Virus record (IMG/VR): IMGVR_UViG_3300014325_000010
Span: 33,130 to 97,129 of that record
Length of the DNA: 64,000 nucleotides
Origin: a virus
Direction: 5' to 3' (one strand)
The position numbers were made by a program, and so were the translations under genes. Below, piece by piece: positions 29,018 through 38,874 of this stretch. The first letter of the stretch is position 1. Every line of letters starts with the position of its first letter. The notes beneath the pieces were generated by a model. The model searched no databases. It was given only the letters and a program-made list of their open reading frames with translations, and was not told the origin of the DNA.

Positions 29018-32000
29018 TAGACTTCCTCCCCTCCTACGATATCGATCGTTTCTACCACAGTTCCAATTGCATCTATCACAGTTTGTGAACTACCAACCAC
29101 ATCGATAATGCCTGATTGATACTGACCTAAAATATCAATCGTAGTTATATAGCTCCCAACCACATCGATTATTGTTTGATAAGAACCAATTACATCAATC
29201 GTAATTGGTGTTCCTGCACCAACAGGACCATCCTTAATCCGTAAAGATTCAATGAGTATAACTTCAAGATCTCGAGAAGCTTGAACCGAATCACTAATCT
29301 TTATTGTTTCAGAAGTAATTTCAGTTACAATACTATCGATGTATATGACAACAATATCAGCTATCGCAACATTTTCTATAGCAAGAACACTAAGATCAAT
29401 TCCAACAATTACTGTGTCATGAACTTGAAGATTTTCATCTTGCACCCGAAGTTCAAGTGGATTGATCTCTGTGGTAACAGTATCTTGAATCTTAACTGCT
29501 TCCGTCAGTAAACTCGAAATATCCGCAGTAATTAGTGCTGAAACTGAATCAACAACTTTAACAGTTTCATTTATTGATGCAATTTCGGGATTTAAGACAA
29601 CCGTAATATCGTCAGAGATTTTTAAAGATTCTGTGACACTAGTTATTTCACCAAGAGAAGGTGTAAGTGAATCAGATACTTTAACCGATTCACTAAGATT
29701 AGCAGAAAGATCAATACTGACTAAAATTGTATCAGCGACTTTAAGTGATTCAGTCTGCGTTACTGAAATGTAATCAACAGCAGCTTGAACCGAATCAGCT
29801 ACTTTGACTGATTCAGAAATATTAGCTGTAAGATTAACAGTTATTGAAGCAGTAACCGTGTCAACAACTTTAACAGATTCCGTTAATGTTGTCTGCTCTG
29901 GATTGATCAGAGTAGAAACTGTATCAGCAACTTTAACTGATTCAGATTGACTTGTTTCCTCCGGATTAAGAATAACACTAATCGTATCTGCGATTTTAAC
30001 AGATTCGATTTGTGTTATCTGTTCTGGATCTAAAGTTACCGAAACACTGTCTGCAACTTTTAGCGACTCACTTTGAGTTGTTTGTTCAGGATTAAGAACT
30101 GTAGAAACAACATCTGTAATCGAAAGTGGTTCTGTAAGTGAAGTCTGCTCAGGATTTATGAAAGCCAATACAGTGTCTACGACTTTAACCGAGTCGATTA
30201 AGAGAACTGATTGCGAATCAATCAGAGCCGTAATCGTATCAACAACTTTAAGATTCTCAGATTGAGTCGTTTGTTCTGGATCTAAAGTCGTTGAAATAGT
30301 ATCAGCAACTTTTATCGAGTCAGATTGTGAGGTTTCCTCGGGATTTAACGTTGTCGCGGCAAGGTCAACAACTTTGAGAGATTCTGTAAGCGAAATCTCT
30401 TCTGGATTTAATGTGGCAGCTACAGAATCAGAAACTTTCAAGGTTTCTGTTTGTGCAGCTTGTTCCGGATCTAAGGTTGTGAAGACGCTATCAACAACCT
30501 TTAGAGCTTCTGATTGTGAAGCTTGTTCTGGATTTAAGAGTGTGCTAACATTATCAGAAATTTTTACATTTTCAATTACGGAAGTCTGTTCGGGGTCTAA
30601 CGTAACCGAAACACTGTCCGCAACTTTAAGTGATTCCGTTAGTGAAACAATTTCATCGAGGATAGCAGTGACACTGTCCGCAACCTTGATCGTTTCAGTA
30701 CTAGACGCTTGTTCTGGATCTAATGTTGTTGTGACAGTGTCAACAACTTTAATTGGCTCTGTTTGTGAAGTCTGCTCCGGATCTAAAACAGTATTAACAC
30801 TGTCTACGACTTTGAGCGATTCAATAACTAATGTTTGTTCAGGATTTAGTGTAGTTGCAACCGTATCACTTACACTAAGATTTTCTTCGAGATAAATAAA
30901 GTCTGGATTTAGACGAGCATTAACTGGACCATCAGCAATTTGAATCGATTCGTTAGAAATTAAAGTGCCGGCACCTATAGAAGCCGCAATACTATCAACA
31001 ACTGAAAGTGATTCAGCAGGAACAGCTACCGGCCGCGGATTTTCGTCCGCAATTGGTGTATCTTGAACAATTACGTTTTCAGTAAGGGATACGTCAATAT
31101 CTCTCGAAACAGTGACCGTGTCACTAATTACAAGTGCTTCCTGAACAGAAGTCTGTTCGGGATTCAAGCTTGTCGAAGGAGTGTCAACTACCCTGAGCGA
31201 TTCTGTTTGTGTGGTTTGCTCTGGATTAAGTGTTGTTGATACGCTATCTGCAACTTTTAACGACTCTGTCAGTGAAACGAGTTTGTCAAGAATCGCAGTA
31301 ACAGTATCTGCGACTTTTAAGGATTCAGTCTGTGTGGTCTGTTCGGGATCTAAAGTCGTGATTACAGTATCAACGACTTTAAGCGATTCTGTCTGTGAAG
31401 CCTGCTCTGGATCTAATATTGTGAATACGGAGTCAGCAACTTTTACTGATTCAGATAGAGAAACAATTTTGTCGAGATCAGCAGTAACAGTGTCTGCAAC
31501 TTTTAATGATTCTGTTTGTGTGGCTTGCTCTGGATCTAAAGTAGTGAAAACGGAATCAACAACTTTGAGAGAATCACTCTGTGACGTCTGTTCGGGATTA
31601 AGAAGTGTTAAAACACTATCGGCAACTTTGACTGGTTCCGTTAGTGAAACAACTTCATCTGTGATAGCAGTAACAGTGTCAACAACTTTTAATGAATCAC
31701 TTAACGAACTTTGTTCTGGATCTAAAGTAGTTGTTACAGTGTCAACAACTTTAAGAGAATCTGTAGCAGAAGTTTCCTCCGGATTAAGGAATGCGAGAAC
31801 AGTATCTGCTACTTTAACTGGTTCTGTTAACGAAGTTTGCTCGGGATTTAAAGTTGTAAGAACAGTATCAGCAACTTTGAGAGCTTCTGTTACAGTAGCT
31901 TGCTCTGGATCTAAAGTCGTCGAAACGGTATCAACGACCTTTAAAGAATCCGAAGTTGAAGTCTGTTCAGGATCTAAAGTAGTTGAAACTGAGTCTACAA

Positions 32001-33588
32001 CTTTTAACGATTCACTTACAGAAGTCTGCTCGGGATTAAGAGTGGTGAAAACAGTGTCAGCAACTTTAAGAACTTCTGTTATCGAAGCATTTAAATCTAT
32101 GCTGGCAGTAAGAGTATCAACAACTTTAAGAGATTCAGTTTGTGTTGTCTGTTCAGGATCTAACGAAATAGTAGGAGTGTCAACTATTTTAAGTGATTCT
32201 GTTTGTGACGTCTGTTCTGGATCTAAAGTTGTGAGTGGTGCGTCCGCAACCTTAACATTTTCCGTTAACGAATTCTGTAGAGGATCTAAAGTTGCAAAAA
32301 CTGTATCAGCAACCTTTAACGTTTCAGTTCGAGAGGATTCCTCTGGATTAAGATTTGTTGTGACATTATCCGCAATCTTAAGTGGTTCGCTTAAAGAAGT
32401 TTGTTCTGGATCAAGAGTAGTAAGCGGAGTATCTATAACTTTGAGTGGTTCAGTGAGTATGGTCTCTTCAGGATTTAGAAAAGTAGTAACAGTGTCTGCT
32501 ACCTTGATAATCTCAGATACAGACGCATTTATATCTATAGAAGCAAATACTGTATCAGCAACTTTAAGCGAATCCGTTAAAGATGTCTGTTCTGGATTTA
32601 AAGTTGTAAACGGAGTATCAACAACTTTTAATGATTCAGTTGGACTTGCTTGTTCTGGATCAATAAAGGTAGATACAGTATCTGCAATTTTCAATGACTC
32701 AGATACAGAAGTTTGCTCTGGATCTAAAGTAGCAGTTACAGTATCAGCAACTTTTAAGGAATCGGATACTGAGATTTGTTCAGGATCTAAAGTTGTTAGA
32801 ACAGTGTCAACAACTTTAAGCGATTCGGTAATTGACGACTGTTCGGGGTCTAACTTGGTAAGAACAGTATCAACAACCTTTAAAGAATCCGAAACAGATA
32901 CTTGCTCCGGATCTAAAATAGCAAATACACTATCTACCACCTTTAAAGATTCAGATACAGAAGTCTGTTCTGGATCTAAGGCAGGAGTTACTGTATCAAC
33001 GACCTTTAAAGATTCTGTCTGTAATACTAATTCAGGGTCTATCTTAGCAAGAACAGTATCAGAAATTTTTATAGATTCGGTTAATATCGTTTCTTCTGGG
33101 TTTAGAAGAATCGTAACCGTATCAGAAACTTTTACATTTTCTTGTAAACTTGTTTGTTCTGGATTTAAAGAAGCAGTAACAGTATCTACTACTTTAAGAG
33201 ATTCAGGTCCTGCTGTTTGAGAAAGATCAGTACCTGTTATAAGAGCTGCAATAACAGGACCATCAGTTACGTGTACGACACCAAGTAATTGTGCTATTCC
33301 TTGGTGAAAATCAACGATTTTTAAAGATTCCGATAAAGATACACCAAGGATGAAATCATCCTTGATTTCGATATTTTCTGTCAGAACAGACGTGGGTTGT
33401 AGCGGCGTCAACTCTGCCGTTACAGTATCTGTAATTTTTAAATTTTCAGTGGAGGATGCCGAAGGACCAGAAGTAGTGACAGACGCCGTCACCGTATCAG
33501 TAAGGCGTATGCCTTCTGAATAGTAACGGCCGTCGTCTATTCTTATTGTTTCTGGAGTAACTACTATGGAGAGATCAGCCATGCGCAA
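29017..33588 (-). CDS. Giant repetitive fibre-like protein (1523 aa, about 65 tandem 21-aa repeats with consensus xSLKVVDTVxTxLDPEQTSxx)
   Basis: A single minus-strand ORF spans 4.5 kb. Translation shows 21-aa periodicity (63-bp diverged DNA tandem repeats), each unit carrying conserved L-K-V-x-D and D/N-P-E-Q-T/S. The C-terminus has a distinct approximately 10-aa IDVVGSYxTI repeat. The opposite-strand ORFs in this span are repeat artefacts. Confidence 0.8.
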   Translation of the reverse strand: MRMADLSIVVTPETIRIDDGRYYSEGIRLTDTVTASVTTSGPSASSTENLKITDTVTAELTPLQPTSVLTENIEIKDDFILGVSLSESLKIVDFHQGIAQLLGVVHVTDGPVIAALITGTDLSQTAGPESLKVVDTVTASLNPEQTSLQENVKVSDTVTILLNPEETILTESIKISDTVLAKIDPELVLQTESLKVVDTVTPALDPEQTSVSESLKVVDSVFAILDPEQVSVSDSLKVVDTVLTKLDPEQSSITESLKVVDTVLTTLDPEQISVSDSLKVADTVTATLDPEQTSVSESLKIADTVSTFIDPEQASPTESLKVVDTPFTTLNPEQTSLTDSLKVADTVFASIDINASVSEIIKVADTVTTFLNPEETILTEPLKVIDTPLTTLDPEQTSLSEPLKIADNVTTNLNPEESSRTETLKVADTVFATLDPLQNSLTENVKVADAPLTTLDPEQTSQTESLKIVDTPTISLDPEQTTQTESLKVVDTLTASIDLNASITEVLKVADTVFTTLNPEQTSVSESLKVVDSVSTTLDPEQTSTSDSLKVVDTVSTTLDPEQATVTEALKVADTVLTTLNPEQTSLTEPVKVADTVLAFLNPEETSATDSLKVVDTVTTTLDPEQSSLSDSLKVVDTVTAITDEVVSLTEPVKVADSVLTLLNPEQTSQSDSLKVVDSVFTTLDPEQATQTESLKVADTVTADLDKIVSLSESVKVADSVFTILDPEQASQTESLKVVDTVITTLDPEQTTQTESLKVADTVTAILDKLVSLTESLKVADSVSTTLNPEQTTQTESLRVVDTPSTSLNPEQTSVQEALVISDTVTVSRDIDVSLTENVIVQDTPIADENPRPVAVPAESLSVVDSIAASIGAGTLISNESIQIADGPVNARLNPDFIYLEENLSVSDTVATTLNPEQTLVIESLKVVDSVNTVLDPEQTSQTEPIKVVDTVTTTLDPEQASSTETIKVADSVTAILDEIVSLTESLKVADSVSVTLDPEQTSVIENVKISDNVSTLLNPEQASQSEALKVVDSVFTTLDPEQAAQTETLKVSDSVAATLNPEEISLTESLKVVDLAATTLNPEETSQSDSIKVADTISTTLDPEQTTQSENLKVVDTITALIDSQSVLLIDSVKVVDTVLAFINPEQTSLTEPLSITDVVSTVLNPEQTTQSESLKVADSVSVTLDPEQITQIESVKIADTISVILNPEETSQSESVKVADTVSTLINPEQTTLTESVKVVDTVTASITVNLTANISESVKVADSVQAAVDYISVTQTESLKVADTILVSIDLSANLSESVKVSDSLTPSLGEITSVTESLKISDDITVVLNPEIASINETVKVVDSVSALITADISSLLTEAVKIQDTVTTEINPLELRVQDENLQVHDTVIVGIDLSVLAIENVAIADIVVIYIDSIVTEITSETIKISDSVQASRDLEVILIESLRIKDGPVGAGTPITIDVIGSYQTIIDVVGSYITTIDILGQYQSGIIDVVGSSQTVIDAIGTVVETIDIVGGEEV

Positions 33589-33778
33589 TCACTCCTGCGG
33601 GCGGAGGGTCAGCCCCAGTTTGCCCTATAGTTGCTTTTTGCGCTTCCTGAACCGGAGTAGAATCGGGAGATTCCGGCAAAGGAATTGTTACTTTCACAGG
33701 TTCTGGAGGTGCACATTCAATAAGTTGTGCACTTACAATATCTGAGACACCAACTGGTCGTTCATCCAATGGCATAAA

Positions 33779-34984
33779 CTAACTCAACCTAGCAAAGATT
33801 CCAGCACCAACTTGTGGACTTGAGCTCATGTTAACATTTTCATTAGCTGGAGTATAATCCACATAAATGCCCATAAAACAAACACAGGCTACTCTAGTAG
33901 TAACATCTGTTTTTATCACTTTCATAACTGGTGAAGAACCAATTACAACAGATGGGTTATCAATAAATTGGCCAGCAACAGTTTCACTCGACCAATGATT
34001 ACTAGAACTATTAGTATTTGCATATAAACCATGAGCTCCGGCATCACTCCCAACACCATTACCAGCTGCGCCCAAAGTTAATGCGTTTACTATTGGATTA
34101 CTAGTAAGTTCTACAGTTCCAGTTTTTGTTCCAGTTTGAATATCTTCACCATGTAGAAGTACAATCTGAATAGCATTGATTTTATCCGAAGCTTGTATAC
34201 CACCGCTAGAATAAGCCGCAATTGTCGCAGCATAAGCTGCAGATCCACTAGAAGATGCTGACTCAATATTAGTTGAATCCGTTTCATTTGCACTTGCTAC
34301 ACCTGGAGGTGGTAATGCACTTACTGATTGCCATAACCCTGTGTTAGTCGAACCTCCACCGCGTGTCCAATTAGTAACTAAACTGTCTCCAGTTGCAGTT
34401 AATAAGATAACTTTTCCAGGATCAGGAAATTGCGAATTATTAACAATTAAGTCATCAAAATAAACAGTGCATGCATCAGCTTCTGTTCCTGAAGCACCAA
34501 TCGCTGATGGAGCAGGCCATGTGGAAGGAGATCCGACCACTTCAGTAGAACCGTCTATTCTAAGAACAGGTACACTAGAGCCGTTAGCTTGACGAACTTC
34601 AATACGATAGAATCTTGTTGTGTCTGTTAAGCGTGTTGTAGATGTTCCAATACTAGTTGTAGCATTATAGTATTCAATGGAACCATTTGGGTTAAGACGC
34701 AAGTTAATTGTAGTAGTGCTACCAAAAATAACACGCTGAACACTAGAAGGTAAAACAGTTACACAAATATAGAATCGTATATATCCTGGTATAGCAATGA
34801 CTAGATTAGCCCAGGCTGCTACACCACTAGTCGCATTAATCTTTAACGAATGCGCACCACTGCGTACAATAGTTGACTCTATCGTAGCACCAGCAGTTAC
34901 TAGCACACACGAGTCAATTGATTGTCCAGTTGCTCTGGACAATGACTCATTTCCTTCCCAGCCACAAATAAGTGTTGTTGACAT
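33779..34984 (-). CDS. Putative structural (fibre/appendage) protein
   Basis: 401 aa, S/T/G/N/A-rich with low-complexity SSSGSAAYAATIAAYSSGG. Sits upstream of the giant repeat gene. Confidence 0.45.
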   Translation of the reverse strand: MSTTLICGWEGNESLSRATGQSIDSCVLVTAGATIESTIVRSGAHSLKINATSGVAAWANLVIAIPGYIRFYICVTVLPSSVQRVIFGSTTTINLRLNPNGSIEYYNATTSIGTSTTRLTDTTRFYRIEVRQANGSSVPVLRIDGSTEVVGSPSTWPAPSAIGASGTEADACTVYFDDLIVNNSQFPDPGKVILLTATGDSLVTNWTRGGGSTNTGLWQSVSALPPPGVASANETDSTNIESASSSGSAAYAATIAAYSSGGIQASDKINAIQIVLLHGEDIQTGTKTGTVELTSNPIVNALTLGAAGNGVGSDAGAHGLYANTNSSSNHWSSETVAGQFIDNPSVVIGSSPVMKVIKTDVTTRVACVCFMGIYVDYTPANENVNMSSSPQVGAGIFARLS

Positions 34985-34990
34985 TTATAT

Positions 34991-35362
34991 TTATGTAGGA
35001 GGCCAAGGCTCGATTGCACCGCTTACACCGCCCATATCATCAGCCAGTGCTTTAATGTATTGTACTTCTGGTCCATTTCCAAAATTTGCCGCAATAGCAT
35101 ATAATAGATCACGAAATTGCTGCAGTGTAACTGCCGGAGTAGTATCAATTACTAATCGACGACATAAATTACAAGAACCTGGTGGATCAGCTGGAGACTG
35201 ACCAACTGGAGCAGTTTGCCAACCACTTAAACCGCCATTCCAACAACGTTGGGCAATCTGTCGTTGCTGAGGAGTAAGACTTGCTAAAATTGCTGAACCT
35301 TGTCCAGCGTTAGCAACAATACTACTTAAATCAGACAACTCATAAAAAATTGCAAATGCCAT
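34991..35362 (-). CDS. Hypothetical protein
   Basis: 123-aa ORF in the same operon. Confidence 0.4.
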   Translation of the reverse strand: MAFAIFYELSDLSSIVANAGQGSAILASLTPQQRQIAQRCWNGGLSGWQTAPVGQSPADPPGSCNLCRRLVIDTTPAVTLQQFRDLLYAIAANFGNGPEVQYIKALADDMGGVSGAIEPWPPT

Positions 35363-35371
35363 GATTTCTCC

Positions 35372-36016
35372 TTAAAAAACGCTTGATCCTATTGTTGGCT
35401 CACCAAGAGCAGCGGTCAAACTATTGACTAAAACAGTCCCACCACCAAAATCATCTAATACTGCCCCTGGACGATCAATACTCATGCCAATAAAACCAGT
35501 ATTATATGTTCCATCTTGGCGTTGCATTAAACTATTCCATCCACTTCCTGTGTTTAAATATGCAGTTAATTGATCACCTATCTGTTCAAACCCTAGCTTA
35601 TCGCCATCGTTAAATGTTTGAAGTAAAGAAGCACCAAGCATAGTTGTTACATTATTATCAATTCGGTATATTTCACAATGTTGTACACCGCTAAAGATAT
35701 AAGCAACAACAAAGTATCCATCTACACCTGAAGTATCTGGAGAAACTACTGCAAGGTAAAGTGCAACTCCTTGATCAGTAAAACAGGTTGTCATTGTAAG
35801 CCAAACTTCAGCATTTGGCCCAAAAGAGCTTGTATTCCAATAAGATTCACTTGTAACCGAAGAACTAGTAGTAATAACTGCGTTCGATTGAAGAACTAAT
35901 GAAAGATCTGGGGGAACACTCAAAAATAACGGGCCTAGCCAATTACCACCATCCAGTGGATTTTCGTTCGCTCGGTTAAACCGATCTAAGATCGTAAGAT
36001 TTGTTGGAAATGACAT
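35372..36016 (-). CDS. Hypothetical structural-module protein
   Basis: 214 aa, beta-rich. Start overlaps the upstream gene stop (36016). Confidence 0.4.
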   Translation of the reverse strand: MSFPTNLTILDRFNRANENPLDGGNWLGPLFLSVPPDLSLVLQSNAVITTSSSVTSESYWNTSSFGPNAEVWLTMTTCFTDQGVALYLAVVSPDTSGVDGYFVVAYIFSGVQHCEIYRIDNNVTTMLGASLLQTFNDGDKLGFEQIGDQLTAYLNTGSGWNSLMQRQDGTYNTGFIGMSIDRPGAVLDDFGGGTVLVNSLTAALGEPTIGSSVF

Positions 36017-36501
36017 TAGCTAACTCTAGCGTCTAACCTATCAACAGATTCGCAAGCTTGGACATCCCCATCAAGAATAATTGTATCACTACCAGCATCA
36101 TATCGAGGCTTTAACCGACGTGTAGCAAGAAACCGCAACGCATCTCCAATTGTCACTTGTGCTAGATTAGGAAACCTCGTATCGACTTCTGTAGCTGTGT
36201 ATCCTGCATTGATAATCAACGTTCTTATGGCAGAACGTTGACCAGCGGTTAGAGAAGAAAGCGGGTCATCTAATCGAGAAAGTGGCACACGTGTTACACC
36301 AGTTAATGCATTAATTAGAGTAAGTGTCGCTGACGAAGCATTAACCTTAACAATGGCTTGATTTCCTAAAACTTCAACTTCAGACCAATTACCTCCATCG
36401 GCCAGAATTTGTGAAGTTAGATCATCAACGATAACATAACGAGCCACACGATTACTAAGAGTTTTTCTCGCATACGGTGCGATAAAATATGCTATTGGCA
36501 T
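36016..36501 (-). CDS. Hypothetical protein
   Basis: 161 aa. ATG overlaps the stop of 36501-37409 (ATGA-type junction). Confidence 0.4.
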   Translation of the reverse strand: MPIAYFIAPYARKTLSNRVARYVIVDDLTSQILADGGNWSEVEVLGNQAIVKVNASSATLTLINALTGVTRVPLSRLDDPLSSLTAGQRSAIRTLIINAGYTATEVDTRFPNLAQVTIGDALRFLATRRLKPRYDAGSDTIILDGDVQACESVDRLDARVS

Positions 36502-37409
36502 TAGTACATTACTCCAGTTCCGCGATCTACATGCTTAAATACCAGCGAAGTATCAATAATATAAGGATATTCTTTAGCGGCAAACTTTCCCCAACCTGCC
36601 TTTTTCAATAGTCCGCGTTTAATTGTTTCGCCACTCCACCAAAGATCAGATGTGCCGGAAGCAACGTGGACGCCACCATTTTCAATCCAAACCCTAGCAG
36701 GCTGCTGAAAAATCTTTTTCAACGGAAATGGGTATCCAGGAAGCGTATACATTTCAACGTCTTCTTCCTGAGCCCAGGCTTCGAGGATAGACCGATGAAG
36801 GAGCAATGCACCTGTTGGCACGCCGTCCACCCAGATTACGTCGCCGTATTTCCAATCACGGTAAGCTCGAGTTCCGCCACCTCGGTATGCAAGAGGTTCC
36901 GGACCAAGTAGTTCAATACCACCTTTCTTGCCATTTCGAATTTCGGCGGAACCCTTGATATGGTACAAACCACTCACAACGGGAGGAGCCTTTTTACGTT
37001 CCATCTTCCAGAACCACCTGTCGAAAACAAGCAGCGTTTCCGGAGGTGGACATGTATCATCTTCGATAAGAATTAATGCTCTAAATGGACCACGAAGTAT
37101 CGTGTCTACAAGCAGATTTTGAGCATCAGCGACATTATAACCCATAGGCGTGGATCGCACCACACTGAAGTTTGGTGGTGTGACCATACCTACCATCATA
37201 TTGTACCATTCGATGCGTACAGTCCCTAGTGTTGGTGTGCCAATCAATACTTGGACACTGGTATTTGAAGCTTTTGGATTAACTGGATTCAAGGCAATAT
37301 TAGATTGTTTACGTGCAAGTTTGGCCTGTTTTCTCATAAAGGGTGTTGTAACTCCCGACCATCCACTTGCAGCAACTTGCGAAACTGAACTAATTGACTT
37401 TTCACTCAT
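36501..37409 (-). CDS. Putative glycosyltransferase (GT-A-like)
   Basis: 302 aa. VQVLIGTPTLGTV followed by LILIEDDTCPP (DxD-like acidic motif). Confidence 0.4.
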   Translation of the reverse strand: MSEKSISSVSQVAASGWSGVTTPFMRKQAKLARKQSNIALNPVNPKASNTSVQVLIGTPTLGTVRIEWYNMMVGMVTPPNFSVVRSTPMGYNVADAQNLLVDTILRGPFRALILIEDDTCPPPETLLVFDRWFWKMERKKAPPVVSGLYHIKGSAEIRNGKKGGIELLGPEPLAYRGGGTRAYRDWKYGDVIWVDGVPTGALLLHRSILEAWAQEEDVEMYTLPGYPFPLKKIFQQPARVWIENGGVHVASGTSDLWWSGETIKRGLLKKAGWGKFAAKEYPYIIDTSLVFKHVDRGTGVMY

Positions 37410-37633
37410 AATTTGTCTTCGTCCGCTAGTACAACTTTATTTTCTTTTAACACAGCATATACATGTTGATAAATGTCTGCTATGCTCGTACAACCTAGAA
37501 TTGCTGCTCGACGGTATCCTTCTTCTTTTAATGGAGCACATCTTTCACATGCCCAAAACATACTAGCGGTCCATTCATTGCACCACCAGCATCTATGCAT
37601 GTTTGTATTCCCCGATGCGCTCGAGCCAACCAC
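37406..37633 (-). CDS. Small zinc-ribbon protein
   Basis: 75 aa, CWWCNEW...CERC. Confidence 0.35.
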   Translation of the reverse strand: MVGSSASGNTNMHRCWWCNEWTASMFWACERCAPLKEEGYRRAAILGCTSIADIYQHVYAVLKENKVVLADEDKL

Positions 37634-38357
37634 CTGGATTCATTGTTAGCAAATATCGTTCACACACTGGATCCTGTCGCCATTCATTTGGATGCAAATT
37701 CAAATAATCTTCAACACCACCTCTTGCACCGCGGTCACCATAACGACCTTCTTCATCAGGCACCCAAGCAATATTTGTGTCTTCAACCACAAGACGATCA
37801 CCTACGCGGCACATAGGTGCGTAGAGTTCAAGTTCTTTGAGGACATGAGCTGCAGAGTGATCTGCATCAAGGCTAACTAAGAGAGGGTACTGGATCTCCT
37901 CTCGAATAGCATCAGCTAACCGTGGATCAGTAGAATCACCAGCTAAGAATACAATTCGAGGGTGATTACACTTAACACGGTCTTCAAAGTCAATTGTGAA
38001 GATTTTACCATCTTCAATTTGCAAAGAGTCCATCAAAAACGCAAACCACAGTGCGGAAGCACCAGCATAAGTTCCCGTTTCAATAATGGTTTTCGGTTTG
38101 TGATCATTAATCAAAGCTTGGTAAATCCAAAGGTCATTTGGACACTTCATCATACCAATACCAAGAAAATGAGTATAATGCCAGGTATGTGGTGCGTTAT
38201 ACCACACCTCATGGTATTGCTGAAGAAGTTTACCGTGTTCTTCACGTGTTCGTAGAATTCGTTGTTCTAATTCAGCAATAGAAATAGAAGCATCTTCATC
38301 CACTATGGTAAGTGGCTGTACGCCCGGAATTTTAGGATTAATTGTTGATGTGCTCAT
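37593..38357 (-). CDS. CmcI-family (cephalosporin hydroxylase / rhamnosyl O-methyltransferase-like) SAM methyltransferase
   Basis: 254 aa. IIETGTYAGASALWFA ... LVSLDADHSAAHVLKELELYAPMCRVGDRLVVEDTNI. Confidence 0.65.
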   Translation of the reverse strand: MSTSTINPKIPGVQPLTIVDEDASISIAELEQRILRTREEHGKLLQQYHEVWYNAPHTWHYTHFLGIGMMKCPNDLWIYQALINDHKPKTIIETGTYAGASALWFAFLMDSLQIEDGKIFTIDFEDRVKCNHPRIVFLAGDSTDPRLADAIREEIQYPLLVSLDADHSAAHVLKELELYAPMCRVGDRLVVEDTNIAWVPDEEGRYGDRGARGGVEDYLNLHPNEWRQDPVCERYLLTMNPGGWLERIGEYKHA

Positions 38358-38857
38358 TGTTTAATAGCTTGAAGTGTCACATTATAGCTGATGCTACCCT
38401 GAGTTCCAGGAACTCTAGCAGTAGCCAATGGATGCCATGGTTTAGGTTGAGGTCTACCTAATGATTCATGTAAACTGTACAATGGACCACGAGGATCTAG
38501 CCACAGAAAGCTGGCTTCGACGATACGTGTGACATGCTGTGGATCACTTACCCACCCATGTGAATCATCACCACCATATGGACCACTAATATACACAATA
38601 CCAGAAGGTTGCACTACACGATGTAGCTCATCCCACCAAGCAAAGAATAACGGTGGTGGAACATATTCGATGACATGAGTCACTACTGCGGTATTCACAC
38701 AATTATCGGGCAGAGGGAACGGGAGTGTTCGAGGATCATGAGGGACATCTCCCTGCGGTCCCAACGTAACACTCCTTGGTTGCGGGGTTCCTCCCAACGA
38801 AACGTCAAGAAAAATTCCCTTCTTACTCTCGATAAGCTTTTTGATTTTTGAAGTCAT
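38354..38857 (-). CDS. Methyltransferase-like protein (Methyltransf_11-like core, divergent SAM loop)
   Basis: 167 aa. GIFLDVSLGG ... LPFPLPDNCVNTAVVTHVIEYVPPP...WWDELHRVVQPSGIVYIS resembles the post-motif-I region of class I methyltransferases. The glycine loop is degenerate. Confidence 0.4.
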   Translation of the reverse strand: MTSKIKKLIESKKGIFLDVSLGGTPQPRSVTLGPQGDVPHDPRTLPFPLPDNCVNTAVVTHVIEYVPPPLFFAWWDELHRVVQPSGIVYISGPYGGDDSHGWVSDPQHVTRIVEASFLWLDPRGPLYSLHESLGRPQPKPWHPLATARVPGTQGSISYNVTLQAIKQ

Positions 38858-38874
38858 ATTTAAGAGAGTGAAAC

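Noticed and set aside
30374-33220. Plus-strand ORFs of 173 and 679 aa (30374-30895, 31181-33220) overlapping the giant repeat gene
   Set aside because: They are the reverse-complement reading of the 63-bp tandem repeats (Ser/Val/Thr/Cys-rich periodic translation) and lack independent start context. Antisense open frames are expected for stop-free repeat DNA. The minus-strand ORF is continuous over 4.5 kb and sits in an operon.
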